From Trypanosoma brucei (lineage: Eukaryota): DNA of 64,000 nucleotides. Below, piece after piece: positions 22,385 through 33,205 of this stretch; position 1 is the stretch's first letter, and each line of letters opens with the position of its first letter. The notes under the pieces were generated by a model that was not told where the DNA came from, ran no database searches, and saw only the letters and a list, made by a program, of their open reading frames with translations. Position numbers and translations under genes: made by a program. The stretch spans positions 3,680,001-3,744,000 of the forward strand of contig CM000208.1 in NCBI GenBank assembly GCA_000002445.1, read 5' to 3'.

Positions 22385-25300
22385 ATGTGTGACCGTCTAA
22401 ATACAATGTCTATCATTTCTCCCAGATCAGCAGCTCCCAGCTCGGGGAGGAGACTTTCGGCGTCACGTCGGGGTCAAGATCGAGAATATCGTCGGACGAA
22501 CTCCTCGCGCTCCGTTTTATCCCAAAGGCAGAAACTTAGTGATTCCATTCACGGCACTGGAAATGCCATGGATGTATACGTGCGTGTACGACCATTTAGT
22601 GAGCGAGAATTATCCATGAACGCGCCGCAGCATAGCACGGTGCGCATTGAAGTAGACAATCCGTGCGTTCTTACGCTTTTGGACCCACAGAAGGACTTCA
22701 AACCCCGCCAATCCTACAGTTTTACACGCTGCTTTTGGTCCGTTCTTGAGAGCGACAGTGCAGACTGTGGGAACGCTGGAGATATATTAAGCGCTATAGG
22801 AACTTATATTGACCGACGCGTAGCCTCTCCTCGCTCGAACCGCCAGCGTCAAGCAACTGGAAATTCGTCCCGTTCTCACTCTGCACGTGGAAAGGGAAGC
22901 GGTGACTTCTCCGGATTTGTTGAAACATCGGGATCCAATGCGGCGTTGCTAACTGTCAACACTGTTCCGCATCCCCCGTATAGCTCACAGGCAGATGTCT
23001 ATAACGAGGTTGGTAGGCCTCTATTAGAGAATTCATTGTTAGGATACAATGGCTGTATCTTTGCATACGGGCAAACAGGTAGCGGCAAGACCTTTACTAT
23101 GCTGGGCTACACGCCAAAAGCCAGTGATTTCCGAAGGTCCAGTCGTCGACAGCAAATTTCTATCGATGAAGCTGATGGGGAGCATTTGTTTAATTCATCT
23201 AGTCCCAGACGGACGGCAACTCCACTGACCAGTAATCGTCTTCGCCGGACCTCGTGGAAAAGCAATATGGTTAGCCCACGAGACACGCGGAGTCTCAGTG
23301 GTACATTCCGGGTGGAAGCAGAGCAGTCTGGTGCCGGGGACGACAACAAGCCGTCGGTTGATCCGAATGAACTACAGGGGATTATTCCCCGCATTACCAG
23401 GGATCTTTTTCAAGGGTTACATGAGGTGCGTCATCGAGAAGCCTCTCATTCTTTTCGTGTGGAGTTGGAGTTCTATGAAATATACAATGAGAAGGTGTAT
23501 GACCTTATAAACCCGCAAAAGGATGCTGACCTAAAGATTCGCCAGAACCCACTCACAGGTCCCTACGTAGAGGGACTTTCTTCATTAGTCGTTGTTAACG
23601 AGGTACAGGTGGCTGAAGTAATTAATAGGGGAAGCGTTGATCGTCACACCTCTTGCACTAGAATGAATGATCGCAGCAGCCGCAGTCACGCCATCATTAC
23701 AATTAATATTCTGCAGCTTTCGCTCGACGGGAAGAACAGCAGCTGTCAAAAGCGTAGTAAGCTCAATCTGGTTGATCTTGCTGGATCGGAGCGTATTGGC
23801 GCGACTGGGGTGGAGGGTTTGCACTTCAAGGAATCCACGAAGATTAACTTGTCACTCACTACGTTGGGTCGAGTCATTGATTGTCTAGCTGAGCTTTCGC
23901 AGTCAAAGGTTCCTTCTGTGACTGCTCCCTATCGCGACTCCAACCTCACATGGCTACTGATGGATTCGTTGGGCGGAAACAGCAAGACATCGATGGTGGC
24001 TACTATTTCACCCCACTGTAGCAATTTTGAGGAGATGCGACAGACAATTCGTTACGCCTCTCGTGCCAGGCAGATCGTCAACGTTGCTGTAGTGAATGAA
24101 GACCCACATGTGCGTCAGATCAATATGCTCACCAATGAAGTAGAGAACCTCAAGAAGGTAATTCGCGAAAATGGAATGAACGAGTTTACCCGCGACTACG
24201 TAATTGACTTACGGCAACGCTACAGCGACTTAGAGAAGCGTTGTGTGGAACAGCAGTTGTCCCTGGTGCAACTACGTGCGGAAATAGAGGAGAATACAAC
24301 TTACAACCGCCAAGATGAACCCACTCCAGTGTCTGGAAGAGCCACGCGAGTGTTCCGCGCGGATTTGAATGGACGACGGACGCGAAACAATGTAAACGGA
24401 GACGAGGCAGATGCCTTAACTGTTTCGCCTCGAGTACCGGAATCAAGGAGATCTGCAGCTGCTGCGTGGCCCACCCCTCCCAAATCGTCCCCGTGCAATA
24501 ACACTTCAAGGAACTCCAATGCTGAGGTCACGGCGGAACTGCGAACTCAAATAAAAAGACTCAAAGACGAGCTGAATACGGTGCGAGTGGACAGTTGCCT
24601 CCAGCAGTATCACGTCAAGGAATTTGCGCTTTCCTACACAACTGCCGTTTCTAACGCCATTTGTGATACTGTCATAAAGAAGAACAAGGAATTTTTGGAT
24701 CAAGCAACTCTGTTGTTTGGCACTCGAGCTGGCAGGAGGGACCCGCACCTCCGTCCTCTAAGCAGGACTCCGCGTCGGGATGTAGATGATTCCAAGAAAG
24801 TTCCCGATTGCAGGTCCTGGCGGCCCGCTGATAAGGCTGAGAATGATAGTCGTTGCGTGACGCCAAGCCGCGCCGGAAAGGCTAAACGGGGGGACCCCGA
24901 TGCTGCGTTGGCGATTGAATGCGCCAAATACCAGACAGAGCTGCAGCGGGTTCGCGATGAACTGGGCTCAGCGATTGTGGAAAGTCAACGGACTTCGGAG
25001 GTTCTTAGGCGGCTTCAGTACGAAAGAGAAGATCTGAAGCGGAAGAATGAGGAAATAAGCTCCAAATACGAGGAAAAAGACAGAGAAGTTCGCCAGTTAA
25101 AACGTCTCTTAGAGAGTGGAGCAAGGAGCCGTGAAGAGGGTGAAGGTGGCGTTGGGAGCGCCACCGATTGGAAAAAACAAGCTGATGAAGAGTTGAACTG
25201 CTTACGCGCTGCATTGCAAAAAATATGCGAGGAACACAGTCGTGTGGAGCAACAGCACCAAGCAGAAATTCATAGCCTTATTAGCCAGCAAGACCGATTG

Positions 25301-25672
25301 TTTAATATTAGCAGCAGCCTTTTGGCCAACTGGGAAAGTCGTTCCGCCGCTCTAGATTCCTCCTTTGCACAGCTTCGAGCTCTCCTGCACAATAAGGAAT
25401 ATCAGAGCCAGCACCAACGATTACGAGACAGCATGTTAGAGCGCAGAAATTACTCTGCAGAAGTTGCCGCCGTGGATGAGCGCAAACGGCGTGACACGCA
25501 GCGGCTCCGTGAAATTATGGAACAGCTAAAGCAGAACCAGAAGGATAGTAAGGCGAGCATTCAAAAATTTGAAGAGGACGTCAGGCAACACTTCTCTGGT
25601 GTTAGAACAGCTAGGGAAGGTAACGGAGGTGAATCTTCATTCGCTAATCCGCACTCTTCACGGCCACGCTGA
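22385..25672 (+). CDS. Kinesin (N-terminal motor domain, coiled-coil tail), first of a tandem pair
   Basis: P-loop GQTGSGKTFTM, switch I NDRSSRSHAI, switch II DLAGSER, neck and coiled-coil tail. ATG start, 1095 aa. The adjacent pair resembles the orphan KIN-C/KIN-D pair of T. brucei; this is from memory and cannot be verified here. Confidence 0.9.
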   Translation: MCDRLNTMSIISPRSAAPSSGRRLSASRRGQDREYRRTNSSRSVLSQRQKLSDSIHGTGNAMDVYVRVRPFSERELSMNAPQHSTVRIEVDNPCVLTLLDPQKDFKPRQSYSFTRCFWSVLESDSADCGNAGDILSAIGTYIDRRVASPRSNRQRQATGNSSRSHSARGKGSGDFSGFVETSGSNAALLTVNTVPHPPYSSQADVYNEVGRPLLENSLLGYNGCIFAYGQTGSGKTFTMLGYTPKASDFRRSSRRQQISIDEADGEHLFNSSSPRRTATPLTSNRLRRTSWKSNMVSPRDTRSLSGTFRVEAEQSGAGDDNKPSVDPNELQGIIPRITRDLFQGLHEVRHREASHSFRVELEFYEIYNEKVYDLINPQKDADLKIRQNPLTGPYVEGLSSLVVVNEVQVAEVINRGSVDRHTSCTRMNDRSSRSHAIITINILQLSLDGKNSSCQKRSKLNLVDLAGSERIGATGVEGLHFKESTKINLSLTTLGRVIDCLAELSQSKVPSVTAPYRDSNLTWLLMDSLGGNSKTSMVATISPHCSNFEEMRQTIRYASRARQIVNVAVVNEDPHVRQINMLTNEVENLKKVIRENGMNEFTRDYVIDLRQRYSDLEKRCVEQQLSLVQLRAEIEENTTYNRQDEPTPVSGRATRVFRADLNGRRTRNNVNGDEADALTVSPRVPESRRSAAAAWPTPPKSSPCNNTSRNSNAEVTAELRTQIKRLKDELNTVRVDSCLQQYHVKEFALSYTTAVSNAICDTVIKKNKEFLDQATLLFGTRAGRRDPHLRPLSRTPRRDVDDSKKVPDCRSWRPADKAENDSRCVTPSRAGKAKRGDPDAALAIECAKYQTELQRVRDELGSAIVESQRTSEVLRRLQYEREDLKRKNEEISSKYEEKDREVRQLKRLLESGARSREEGEGGVGSATDWKKQADEELNCLRAALQKICEEHSRVEQQHQAEIHSLISQQDRLFNISSSLLANWESRSAALDSSFAQLRALLHNKEYQSQHQRLRDSMLERRNYSAEVAAVDERKRRDTQRLREIMEQLKQNQKDSKASIQKFEEDVRQHFSGVRTAREGNGGESSFANPHSSRPR

Positions 25673-28156
25673 GGGCCTCCACCCCGCAGTAGGGTTAGTA
25701 CCTTAAAATGAGGAAAGGACACAATGAGAAGGGGTGCTGCATATAAAAGGGAAATAATGAGCGGGTAATGGCCGTGTGTGGACATTAGAAGAGGGAGGGA
25801 GGGTAATTCGTTCGAATACAACGAATTGGTGACCCCCCACACACATATGTTAGCTTTGGTGACTGACTGTTGGCCCACTTGCCCTTCAAACTGTTTCATT
25901 CGGGTCCCTATGTACGTGGATGTGACAAAGCCCACGAAGGTAATTGCTGATGACTTGCACTACGCTTCATTGGATATCTTTGCTGTCTGTCATCTGTGTT
26001 TTGGTCGTTTTTTTTGTTTCTTTTCACGGTCACACAGGAGAAATAGGCGAAATTACTTTCGATATTCCGTGAAGTCCTATCTAGAGCAGGGGAGTAAGGG
26101 AAACCTGTATAAAATATGCCAAGTAGGCAGCAGAGGAACTTGGAGTGAGTCCATGATATCGACGAATACGGCCCCGTCAGTGAGGGAAGTAAAGGCGAAA
26201 AGTGAAAACAAATATTTCTGTATCAGTGGTCGAGTAGCGTCGCCTCGGTACGGGAGTAAAGATTTTGGGAGCTTCCTCCTTTGAGTAGTGTCTGTGTTTT
26301 CATTTTGCTCTTTTTTTGATCTTTCCTCACAGCACCTCTCCTACTGCGTTGTTTCGTGTTTTACTCTAGTCCCTGCCTTTTCTTCTGTTTTTGTTTCTTT
26401 TTCTTTTTAAGTTTTCTCGGTGCGTACTTTTTGCTGTTGATTTGTGTGTGATTGTGCAAAGTCGATAGTGTTTCGGTAATTCGCTTTGTCATTTCAACTT
26501 TCGTTACTCCCCTCCCCACTCCACCTCGCATCGCTCTTCTTTCTGTTTCTACCGTTATTGCCATTCTTGTGGTTCCGTATGGTTGGAAACTGCGCCATGT
26601 TGCGCTTTCTGTAAAGTAGAGGAATGAGGGAATGGGTATATCTAGTGCAGCAATGGTGTGGTGATGAGTGGCACTACCGTTATATGGAAATTCCGTCCCG
26701 AAGAAAGTGACCTCCGTTTTTTTTTGTTTTCACACCCTCTTTTTCCTTTATATCTCGTCTTCCGTTGCTGCCGCAACGAGACTTGTTCATCTTCACTGGC
26801 ACTCTTTCATCCCTCTCCCTCCCGTTTCCTCTCTCTGTGTTTTGCCAGTGTTATGTCTCAATCGATATCCAAAACAAGCAGGCAAAGGGTATGTTTTTTT
26901 TTTATTTTTCAGCCGAATGAGCAAAGAAGCAAGTGGGGGCAGAAGGGGATAAACGACAAAAAAGCAACTGAGGGAGAATTCGCCCGTGTGTGAATAACAG
27001 TGACTCCAAAAGAATGGGTTTTTTGATTAAATAAATAAAAAAAAGAGCAATCACGCATATGTATTTATGTACGCATGTGTGCTTGTGTGCTTGTGTGCGC
27101 TTATTTAATGAAAAGTAATTTTACGATTATCATTCAAAAGCACAATAACGCGCCGTAGCTTTTACGGAAGGGAACCAGATGTTTCAGAAGTAGAGCAGGA
27201 AGGGAGAATTGTGGCTTTCGTTTGGGGAGGAAGATGAAGCGGCGACAGGTCCAGCGTTAATGATTTTATTGTATTTGTTTATCTATTTACTTATTTTTCA
27301 ATTTACTTTTATTTCTTCTTTCGTATAATATTCACATGGCCATCATCATTTTTTTTTTCGAAAACTTGCTTTTCTTTCCTCTCCTTTTCTCTCCTCCACT
27401 TCCACTTCCATTTCCACTTCCCAGACTTTCCGTATGTTCTTCGTTGTTGTTCTCGTGATGCCCTTCAGCTTCTTACCATCTCTTTCCTCTCTCTCCCCCT
27501 CCAGGTGCACACCCACGCGATTTAAAGGCACACCTCTGCCAAAGCGGGTTGAGTGGTAGCAGCGATACAAGAAACTGAGTAAAGGAAAATAAACAAATGA
27601 GGAAATGGGTGATTACAAATGCATCGGTGCCTGTAGGAATGGACAAGAAGATGGGTGTTGCATGAATGAGAGAAGGGGAAGGGAGTAACGGAGTAAGGAA
27701 GTCGTTGTTTGTGAATTGGGATGTGAACTGTTCCACTTGCCGTTTCTCTGGTGATCCTTTTTTCTTTGTTTTGTGTGAGGAAATAGAATATTTTTCTGCT
27801 GTGGCATTTTCATATGTATTTTGCACGCTTTTTTGCGTGTATGTACATATTTGTATTCATTTACCCATATATATACGACAGCTCTGAGGTATGAAGGGAC
27901 GCGCTTGCATTACTGATATTCACCTTTTTGTATTTAATCATGACATCGGCTGTGATCACGTCAGTGCCAACCCTGACGATTATTATTATTATTATTTATT
28001 ATTTACTACTTCTTGTTTTAATCACTACCCCACAGAAGACTGGTGAGAACAAGGGAAGAAAGAGAAGGTTAAGGTGAGGGACGAGGAGCGGTTATAAGGA
28101 AAGACTAATTAAGGTGAACGGTAAGGGAATTGCGTGGGATTTAGACTGCGGCAGCA

Positions 28157-31100
28157 ATGGTGAGATTAGATCCCAGCGCATCCACGGCGTCATCCATGAC
28201 CACAACCACAGCGACTTCTGCCCTTGATGTTTCATTGACTGAACAGGATACATCACGCAGCAACGGGGGTGCGCAGGACAGCGCGATGCGTGTGTATGTT
28301 CGCATTCGGCCTTTCACCGCGAGTGAACTCTTGGAAAATGGGGAGCGGCCCAACCGGACTATCGCTCTCGACGCGAGAGATGGCCACATAAAAATCATGG
28401 ACCCCTCACGGAACTTCACGACGCGCCTCACGTACGTTTTTGAGCGCTGCTTTGACTCGGCCGAGGCCGGACCAGGAGCGGACCAGGAGGAAGTATACAC
28501 GCATGTTGGTCGTACAGTTCTAAACAACACGGTGGATGGTTACAACGGTTGCATTTTGGCGTATGGACAAACGGGGACTGGTAAAACATACACCATGCTG
28601 GGGCCAAGGGACGTAGTGACTAGTGGGAGGTTATATCGGGAAGAGCTGGCACAGCAAAGCTCCTCTTTTTCTAGTATCACTAAGTTGAAGCTATGCTCGC
28701 CCTCACCCTCCTGCTCAGGCCAGATGAAAGGCATAGATGAGAGTGCCTTTCTGGAACTCTCATTGGGTGGAGATAGTTTTTCGACGACGGAAGAAGGTAT
28801 TATTCCTCGCTTTGCACGTGACCTCTTCAACTCCCTTCGACAAAAGCAGAGAGAAGACAGTTCGTACTCCTACCGCGTGGAAATGGAGTTCTATGAAATT
28901 TATAACGAAAAAGTCTTTGATCTCATCTCAGGTGGGCACTCTACAAATGACCTTCGGGTAAGGCACCAGACCGTACGGGGTGTTTTTGTGGAAGGTCTGG
29001 ACCGGAAGCCAATAGCAGCAGAGGAAGATTTATTGTTCTGGATGTACCGGGGAAGCATTGAGCGTCATACCGCTTCCACTAAAATGAATGATCGCAGCAG
29101 CCGCAGTCACGCCATCCTTTCCATTCACGTTGTACAAATGACACTTGATGAAAATAATAATACTAACCGCGTCAGTAGTAAGCTCAATCTGGTTGATCTT
29201 GCTGGATCGGAGCGTATTGGCGCTAGTGGGGTGGAGGGTTTGCACTTCAAGGAATCCACGAAGATTAACTTGTCGCTCACGGCACTGGGTCGAGTCATTG
29301 ATTGTCTAGCTGATGCTTCAACGGGTAAACCGAGCGCATTCTGTCCGTACCGTGAATCCAACCTCACATGGCTACTGATGGATTCGTTGGGCGGAAACAG
29401 CAAGACATCGATGGTGGCTACCGTTTCCCCGTGCGTGGAGCACTACGAAGTGACATGTCAAACACTGCGTTATGCCTCTCGTGCGAAGCAGATCGTCAAC
29501 GTTGCCGTCGTGAATGAAGACCCACAGGTACGCCAGATCAAGAAGCTCACTGCCGAAGTGTCGAGACTAAAGCAGCTACTGAACAATCAGTCTATTTGTG
29601 ACTATAGCAATGAAGAAGTTGAACGGTTGCGCCAGCGAGTGGTGCAACTTCAGCAGGAGGCGGTTGAACGTGACTTCATGTTGGAGACGTTTCGCGAAGA
29701 GTTGAACGACAAAACTAGTTTGATGAATCACCATCGCAACGGAAGTGTCACCCTTTGCAAACACAACGCTAATGGTAAACAACACCAACAGGGGGGAGAG
29801 ACGATGACCAAGGATGAGGTTAACAGCCCACACCTGATGCAAAGGACGAAGGGAAAGGAGTCAACAGGGGGTGCAGCAACCGGTGATTGTGGGGGAAAAC
29901 AGAGTTCTCGGTCAGTAAATCCGTATCTCAATGCCAGGACGTTACAGCAGCTGAAGTACCTTCGAATTGAGGCCGATCAAGACTACGGTACACTGATAGC
30001 TACGCTGGCGCGGTGTGCATTCGACGCTACAATGAATTACGAATGCACGTTGCAGAAAAACATCATGATGATAAACTCTCATAGTCATGCCTTGCGAGAA
30101 AACGTGCAAAAGATGGAGTCCAAGGAATGGTTGGTACTTGCTTCCATTGGAGATAGGCTTCTTTCCGAGTTCGCTAAGGCATGCGGAAAGCATGCGAGCA
30201 CCCCAAGGCACCACGAAACGGTGAAACCCAAGGGACTGAAGACCCCTGAAGTTGAAGTCCAGGATAAGGATAGGGATAAGGCACGAATGGAAATAAACAG
30301 GCTGCGAGAGCGGCTGTATGATGCCATGGTGGAAAACGATGGGCTCAAAGAGCGTTGTGAGGCGTTGGAAAAGGAAGCGCACAACTTCTCCAAAATGGAA
30401 AGAACTCTAAAGCAAAAGTTAGCTACTCTGCAGGCTGAACTAGATGGGGCCGGTCCTAAGGTGATTGCATGGGCAACAAACACCATGAAGGCGGAACCAG
30501 GGTTGACACCGAGAACTGCTGTGAATACCACCAGGGAAAATCACGACTGTCCCAAAGAGGGGCGGAGGATGTCACCTCTACTCCCCAGCGCGAGATGTGT
30601 CCAAGCACGCAAGGTAAAACACAGTCCCCGTCAAAAGGAGGTTGGAACCACTCGTCGTGTTGCAGAAAAAAATGGGACCGAAGCGCAGCTTGAAAACAGT
30701 GTATGTTCCCTCTCTGTTCCAGTGTTGAACCTCCGTCAGATCAGCGCAGCAGCTTTTCTCAGGTCTGCGATTGACTCTCACCACGATGCGCTGCTTGATC
30801 TTCTGATGGATAAGTTCCGCTTGGTCGGCAACCTGTACGAACAATATGCTAAGAGCTTTCTCGGAAAAAACCCTTTAACTGGGAGCAACGGAAAAAGCGA
30901 ATGCCCTGAAAAAGAGCTGACGCTTGCAGAAGAACGATTGCCAAGCAAAAAAGTCCCAAAAAGGTCTGTCGAGGTGCAGAAAAAAAGTAAGGTCGCGAGT
31001 GATATGATTTCATCCAGGGGGCGTGGTCGGGGCGGAGTTTTAACGGGAGATGATGCGCTATGCAGGGAGTCAACCGTTACCTTGCACAGTCCCAGGGGCG

Positions 31101-33205
31101 CAGAGAATGCTAAGGGGTTGCAACGACGCTGTCATCAAAAAGCGCAAGCTACGACAGTCCGAAAGACATCCAGAAGAACTCTTGGAAGCAGCAGCGATAC
31201 CTTTTTACCTGACTGCGAGGAAGAAGTCACCTTTTTGAAGGAACAGTTTACCAGGAGGGAATCTGGGATTAAAAAGGAGCATCAGTCGGTTGTCAGGGAG
31301 CTGCAAAACAACTTAGCTGAGGCAGTGAAAAGAGCGGCCCAGGAATATAAACAACTCTTGGATCAATCTAGCAACGAAAAGAAGCAGTTGAACGAGCAAC
31401 TTGCCAAGTATGGATCAATTGCGGCTGCTGCTGAGAAGACTAAGGAAAGTGTCTCCGAACAAACGCGTTTGTTCAGGGAGCAATGTAGCGGACGAACTGC
31501 AATTGAGATCGAACAGATGGAGGTTTGGGCATCCACAGTGGCGAGCAGCGTAGCGAGTATTTACCGTCTACGAAAGGAACAGGAAAGTGTTGCTGCCGCA
31601 AAGGAACGGCAACAACTTATTAATCAGGCGGCCTGCGACAAAGCGGAACTAACGTGCTCCCTTCGCCACAGAACTGAAGTGCTTTTGGAGTGGGTATCCG
31701 GGCGTGAAGTTCTCCTCTGCGAAGAAGAAAGGACTCGTGCCCACCTTGTTCTTCGTTTCCGCGAGCAGGGAATTGCGTCTGGATGTTGCGCGGAGCTTTC
31801 CACCATGCTTGTTGAGAGCCACAAGTTACTTACCGAACATTGTGTAGTTGAACACCAGGTGTTTATAGAAGGAGTTACGCCCATCTGCAATGCGTTCCTG
31901 GGCGCCAGTAATGCCCTAGCAAAGGAAAAGAGCCATGTTATGCAGTTGCAAGGTCAGGTGCGCTCTGCAGTAATGGGTCAATGCCGACAACAGTTACTGC
32001 AATGCCGAGAGGATGAAATTAGTGCCAGGGAGGCGATTCTCGCGTCTCAAGATAGCGAAGCTGCAGTGATCAAAGACGCGTTAAGACGTATTGGTGGCGC
32101 TATAGTGATAAACCAAAAGTTTGTGACGGATTTGCGAAATCGACTAAACACCGCGCAAACGGAGCAGCATCGACATCAACTACGGGGATGTTTGGAATAT
32201 GAAGCTAACTCCCGCAACACTATCCTTGCAGCACAAAAGGACGGAGTCGCAACAATCAGATTTGCGTTTGAGCAGGCCCATCTTGCTTTGGAGCAGAAAC
32301 AATACCAGACGACGCGATTGAATGCTGAGCTGGACTGCTCCAAGAATAATAACCATCTTCAAGGGGTGCGTGTGTGCTTGGACAGTGAGACCGACGCTCG
32401 GGACCATCTTGTTGCGTATCAACAGGGTGAATGGCAGGTACTTGAGTTGTGTTTTAACACGGGTCGCAAGATGTTGATGGATAATGCGAGGTATTTATGT
32501 GGGTTATTGGATACGGCCAATACTTCTCTCGCAGCCGCTGTTGTGCGTGCGCCAAAATCTGCATTGGGAGCTGTTTTTCTCTTTGAGCAACATGAGCGGT
32601 TCGTTTTGGAGGAACTGAACGCACATACCACTTGTCTACAAGACGCACATCGCGAGTTATCCGTTTTGTTATCAACCAGTCAAGTACAACGTGAGTGTGA
32701 CGTCACACTCACGGCACTTGAAAACTACTACTCGGAGGAGCTTGCACGCACAGAGAAGGAAAACAAGGAGCTGAAGGCGAATATACAAATATTGCGTGAG
32801 AACCTCGACTTTCAAGCCAGCTTGGACCAACTCCAGGCTGAAATCGAAGGAGACGGACCAGCTGGGCTGGGTTCGGGTGGAGGATCTGAGGGCGACCCAC
32901 TTTCCCTCACGCAGCACCGTGAGGGTTTGGGCATTAGCGGCCTCATCTCTAACTTTTTCACTCGGGTTGGATATGTTCGAAAGGATGGATTGCCACGCGA
33001 CTTTTCTCCCAGGATGATGATGTCGCACACAAGCAGTGAAGAGGATTTTGGTGCCATGAGTGATGCTGCTGCACGGTTTGGTTACACTCCTGTGAAAGAT
33101 GGTAGGAACAGGAGGAACAGCATGCAATCCATAGTAGGAAGCGCTCTTTTCCCCCCAAATCATGACAGCACGCCACTGCGCGATGATGATGCGAGCATCC
33201 AGTAG
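28157..33205 (+). CDS. Kinesin (N-terminal motor domain, long coiled-coil tail), second of the tandem pair
   Basis: P-loop GQTGTGKTYTM, switch I NDRSSRSHAI, switch II DLAGSER. 1682 aa with an extended coiled-coil tail. ATG start. Confidence 0.9.
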   Translation: MVRLDPSASTASSMTTTTATSALDVSLTEQDTSRSNGGAQDSAMRVYVRIRPFTASELLENGERPNRTIALDARDGHIKIMDPSRNFTTRLTYVFERCFDSAEAGPGADQEEVYTHVGRTVLNNTVDGYNGCILAYGQTGTGKTYTMLGPRDVVTSGRLYREELAQQSSSFSSITKLKLCSPSPSCSGQMKGIDESAFLELSLGGDSFSTTEEGIIPRFARDLFNSLRQKQREDSSYSYRVEMEFYEIYNEKVFDLISGGHSTNDLRVRHQTVRGVFVEGLDRKPIAAEEDLLFWMYRGSIERHTASTKMNDRSSRSHAILSIHVVQMTLDENNNTNRVSSKLNLVDLAGSERIGASGVEGLHFKESTKINLSLTALGRVIDCLADASTGKPSAFCPYRESNLTWLLMDSLGGNSKTSMVATVSPCVEHYEVTCQTLRYASRAKQIVNVAVVNEDPQVRQIKKLTAEVSRLKQLLNNQSICDYSNEEVERLRQRVVQLQQEAVERDFMLETFREELNDKTSLMNHHRNGSVTLCKHNANGKQHQQGGETMTKDEVNSPHLMQRTKGKESTGGAATGDCGGKQSSRSVNPYLNARTLQQLKYLRIEADQDYGTLIATLARCAFDATMNYECTLQKNIMMINSHSHALRENVQKMESKEWLVLASIGDRLLSEFAKACGKHASTPRHHETVKPKGLKTPEVEVQDKDRDKARMEINRLRERLYDAMVENDGLKERCEALEKEAHNFSKMERTLKQKLATLQAELDGAGPKVIAWATNTMKAEPGLTPRTAVNTTRENHDCPKEGRRMSPLLPSARCVQARKVKHSPRQKEVGTTRRVAEKNGTEAQLENSVCSLSVPVLNLRQISAAAFLRSAIDSHHDALLDLLMDKFRLVGNLYEQYAKSFLGKNPLTGSNGKSECPEKELTLAEERLPSKKVPKRSVEVQKKSKVASDMISSRGRGRGGVLTGDDALCRESTVTLHSPRGAENAKGLQRRCHQKAQATTVRKTSRRTLGSSSDTFLPDCEEEVTFLKEQFTRRESGIKKEHQSVVRELQNNLAEAVKRAAQEYKQLLDQSSNEKKQLNEQLAKYGSIAAAAEKTKESVSEQTRLFREQCSGRTAIEIEQMEVWASTVASSVASIYRLRKEQESVAAAKERQQLINQAACDKAELTCSLRHRTEVLLEWVSGREVLLCEEERTRAHLVLRFREQGIASGCCAELSTMLVESHKLLTEHCVVEHQVFIEGVTPICNAFLGASNALAKEKSHVMQLQGQVRSAVMGQCRQQLLQCREDEISAREAILASQDSEAAVIKDALRRIGGAIVINQKFVTDLRNRLNTAQTEQHRHQLRGCLEYEANSRNTILAAQKDGVATIRFAFEQAHLALEQKQYQTTRLNAELDCSKNNNHLQGVRVCLDSETDARDHLVAYQQGEWQVLELCFNTGRKMLMDNARYLCGLLDTANTSLAAAVVRAPKSALGAVFLFEQHERFVLEELNAHTTCLQDAHRELSVLLSTSQVQRECDVTLTALENYYSEELARTEKENKELKANIQILRENLDFQASLDQLQAEIEGDGPAGLGSGGGSEGDPLSLTQHREGLGISGLISNFFTRVGYVRKDGLPRDFSPRMMMSHTSSEEDFGAMSDAAARFGYTPVKDGRNRRNSMQSIVGSALFPPNHDSTPLRDDDASIQ

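Noticed and set aside
25778-26284. 168-aa ORF between the two kinesin genes
   Set aside because: No homology signal, partly low-complexity, and it lies where the 3' UTR of the upstream kinesin and the splice-acceptor region of the downstream one are expected.
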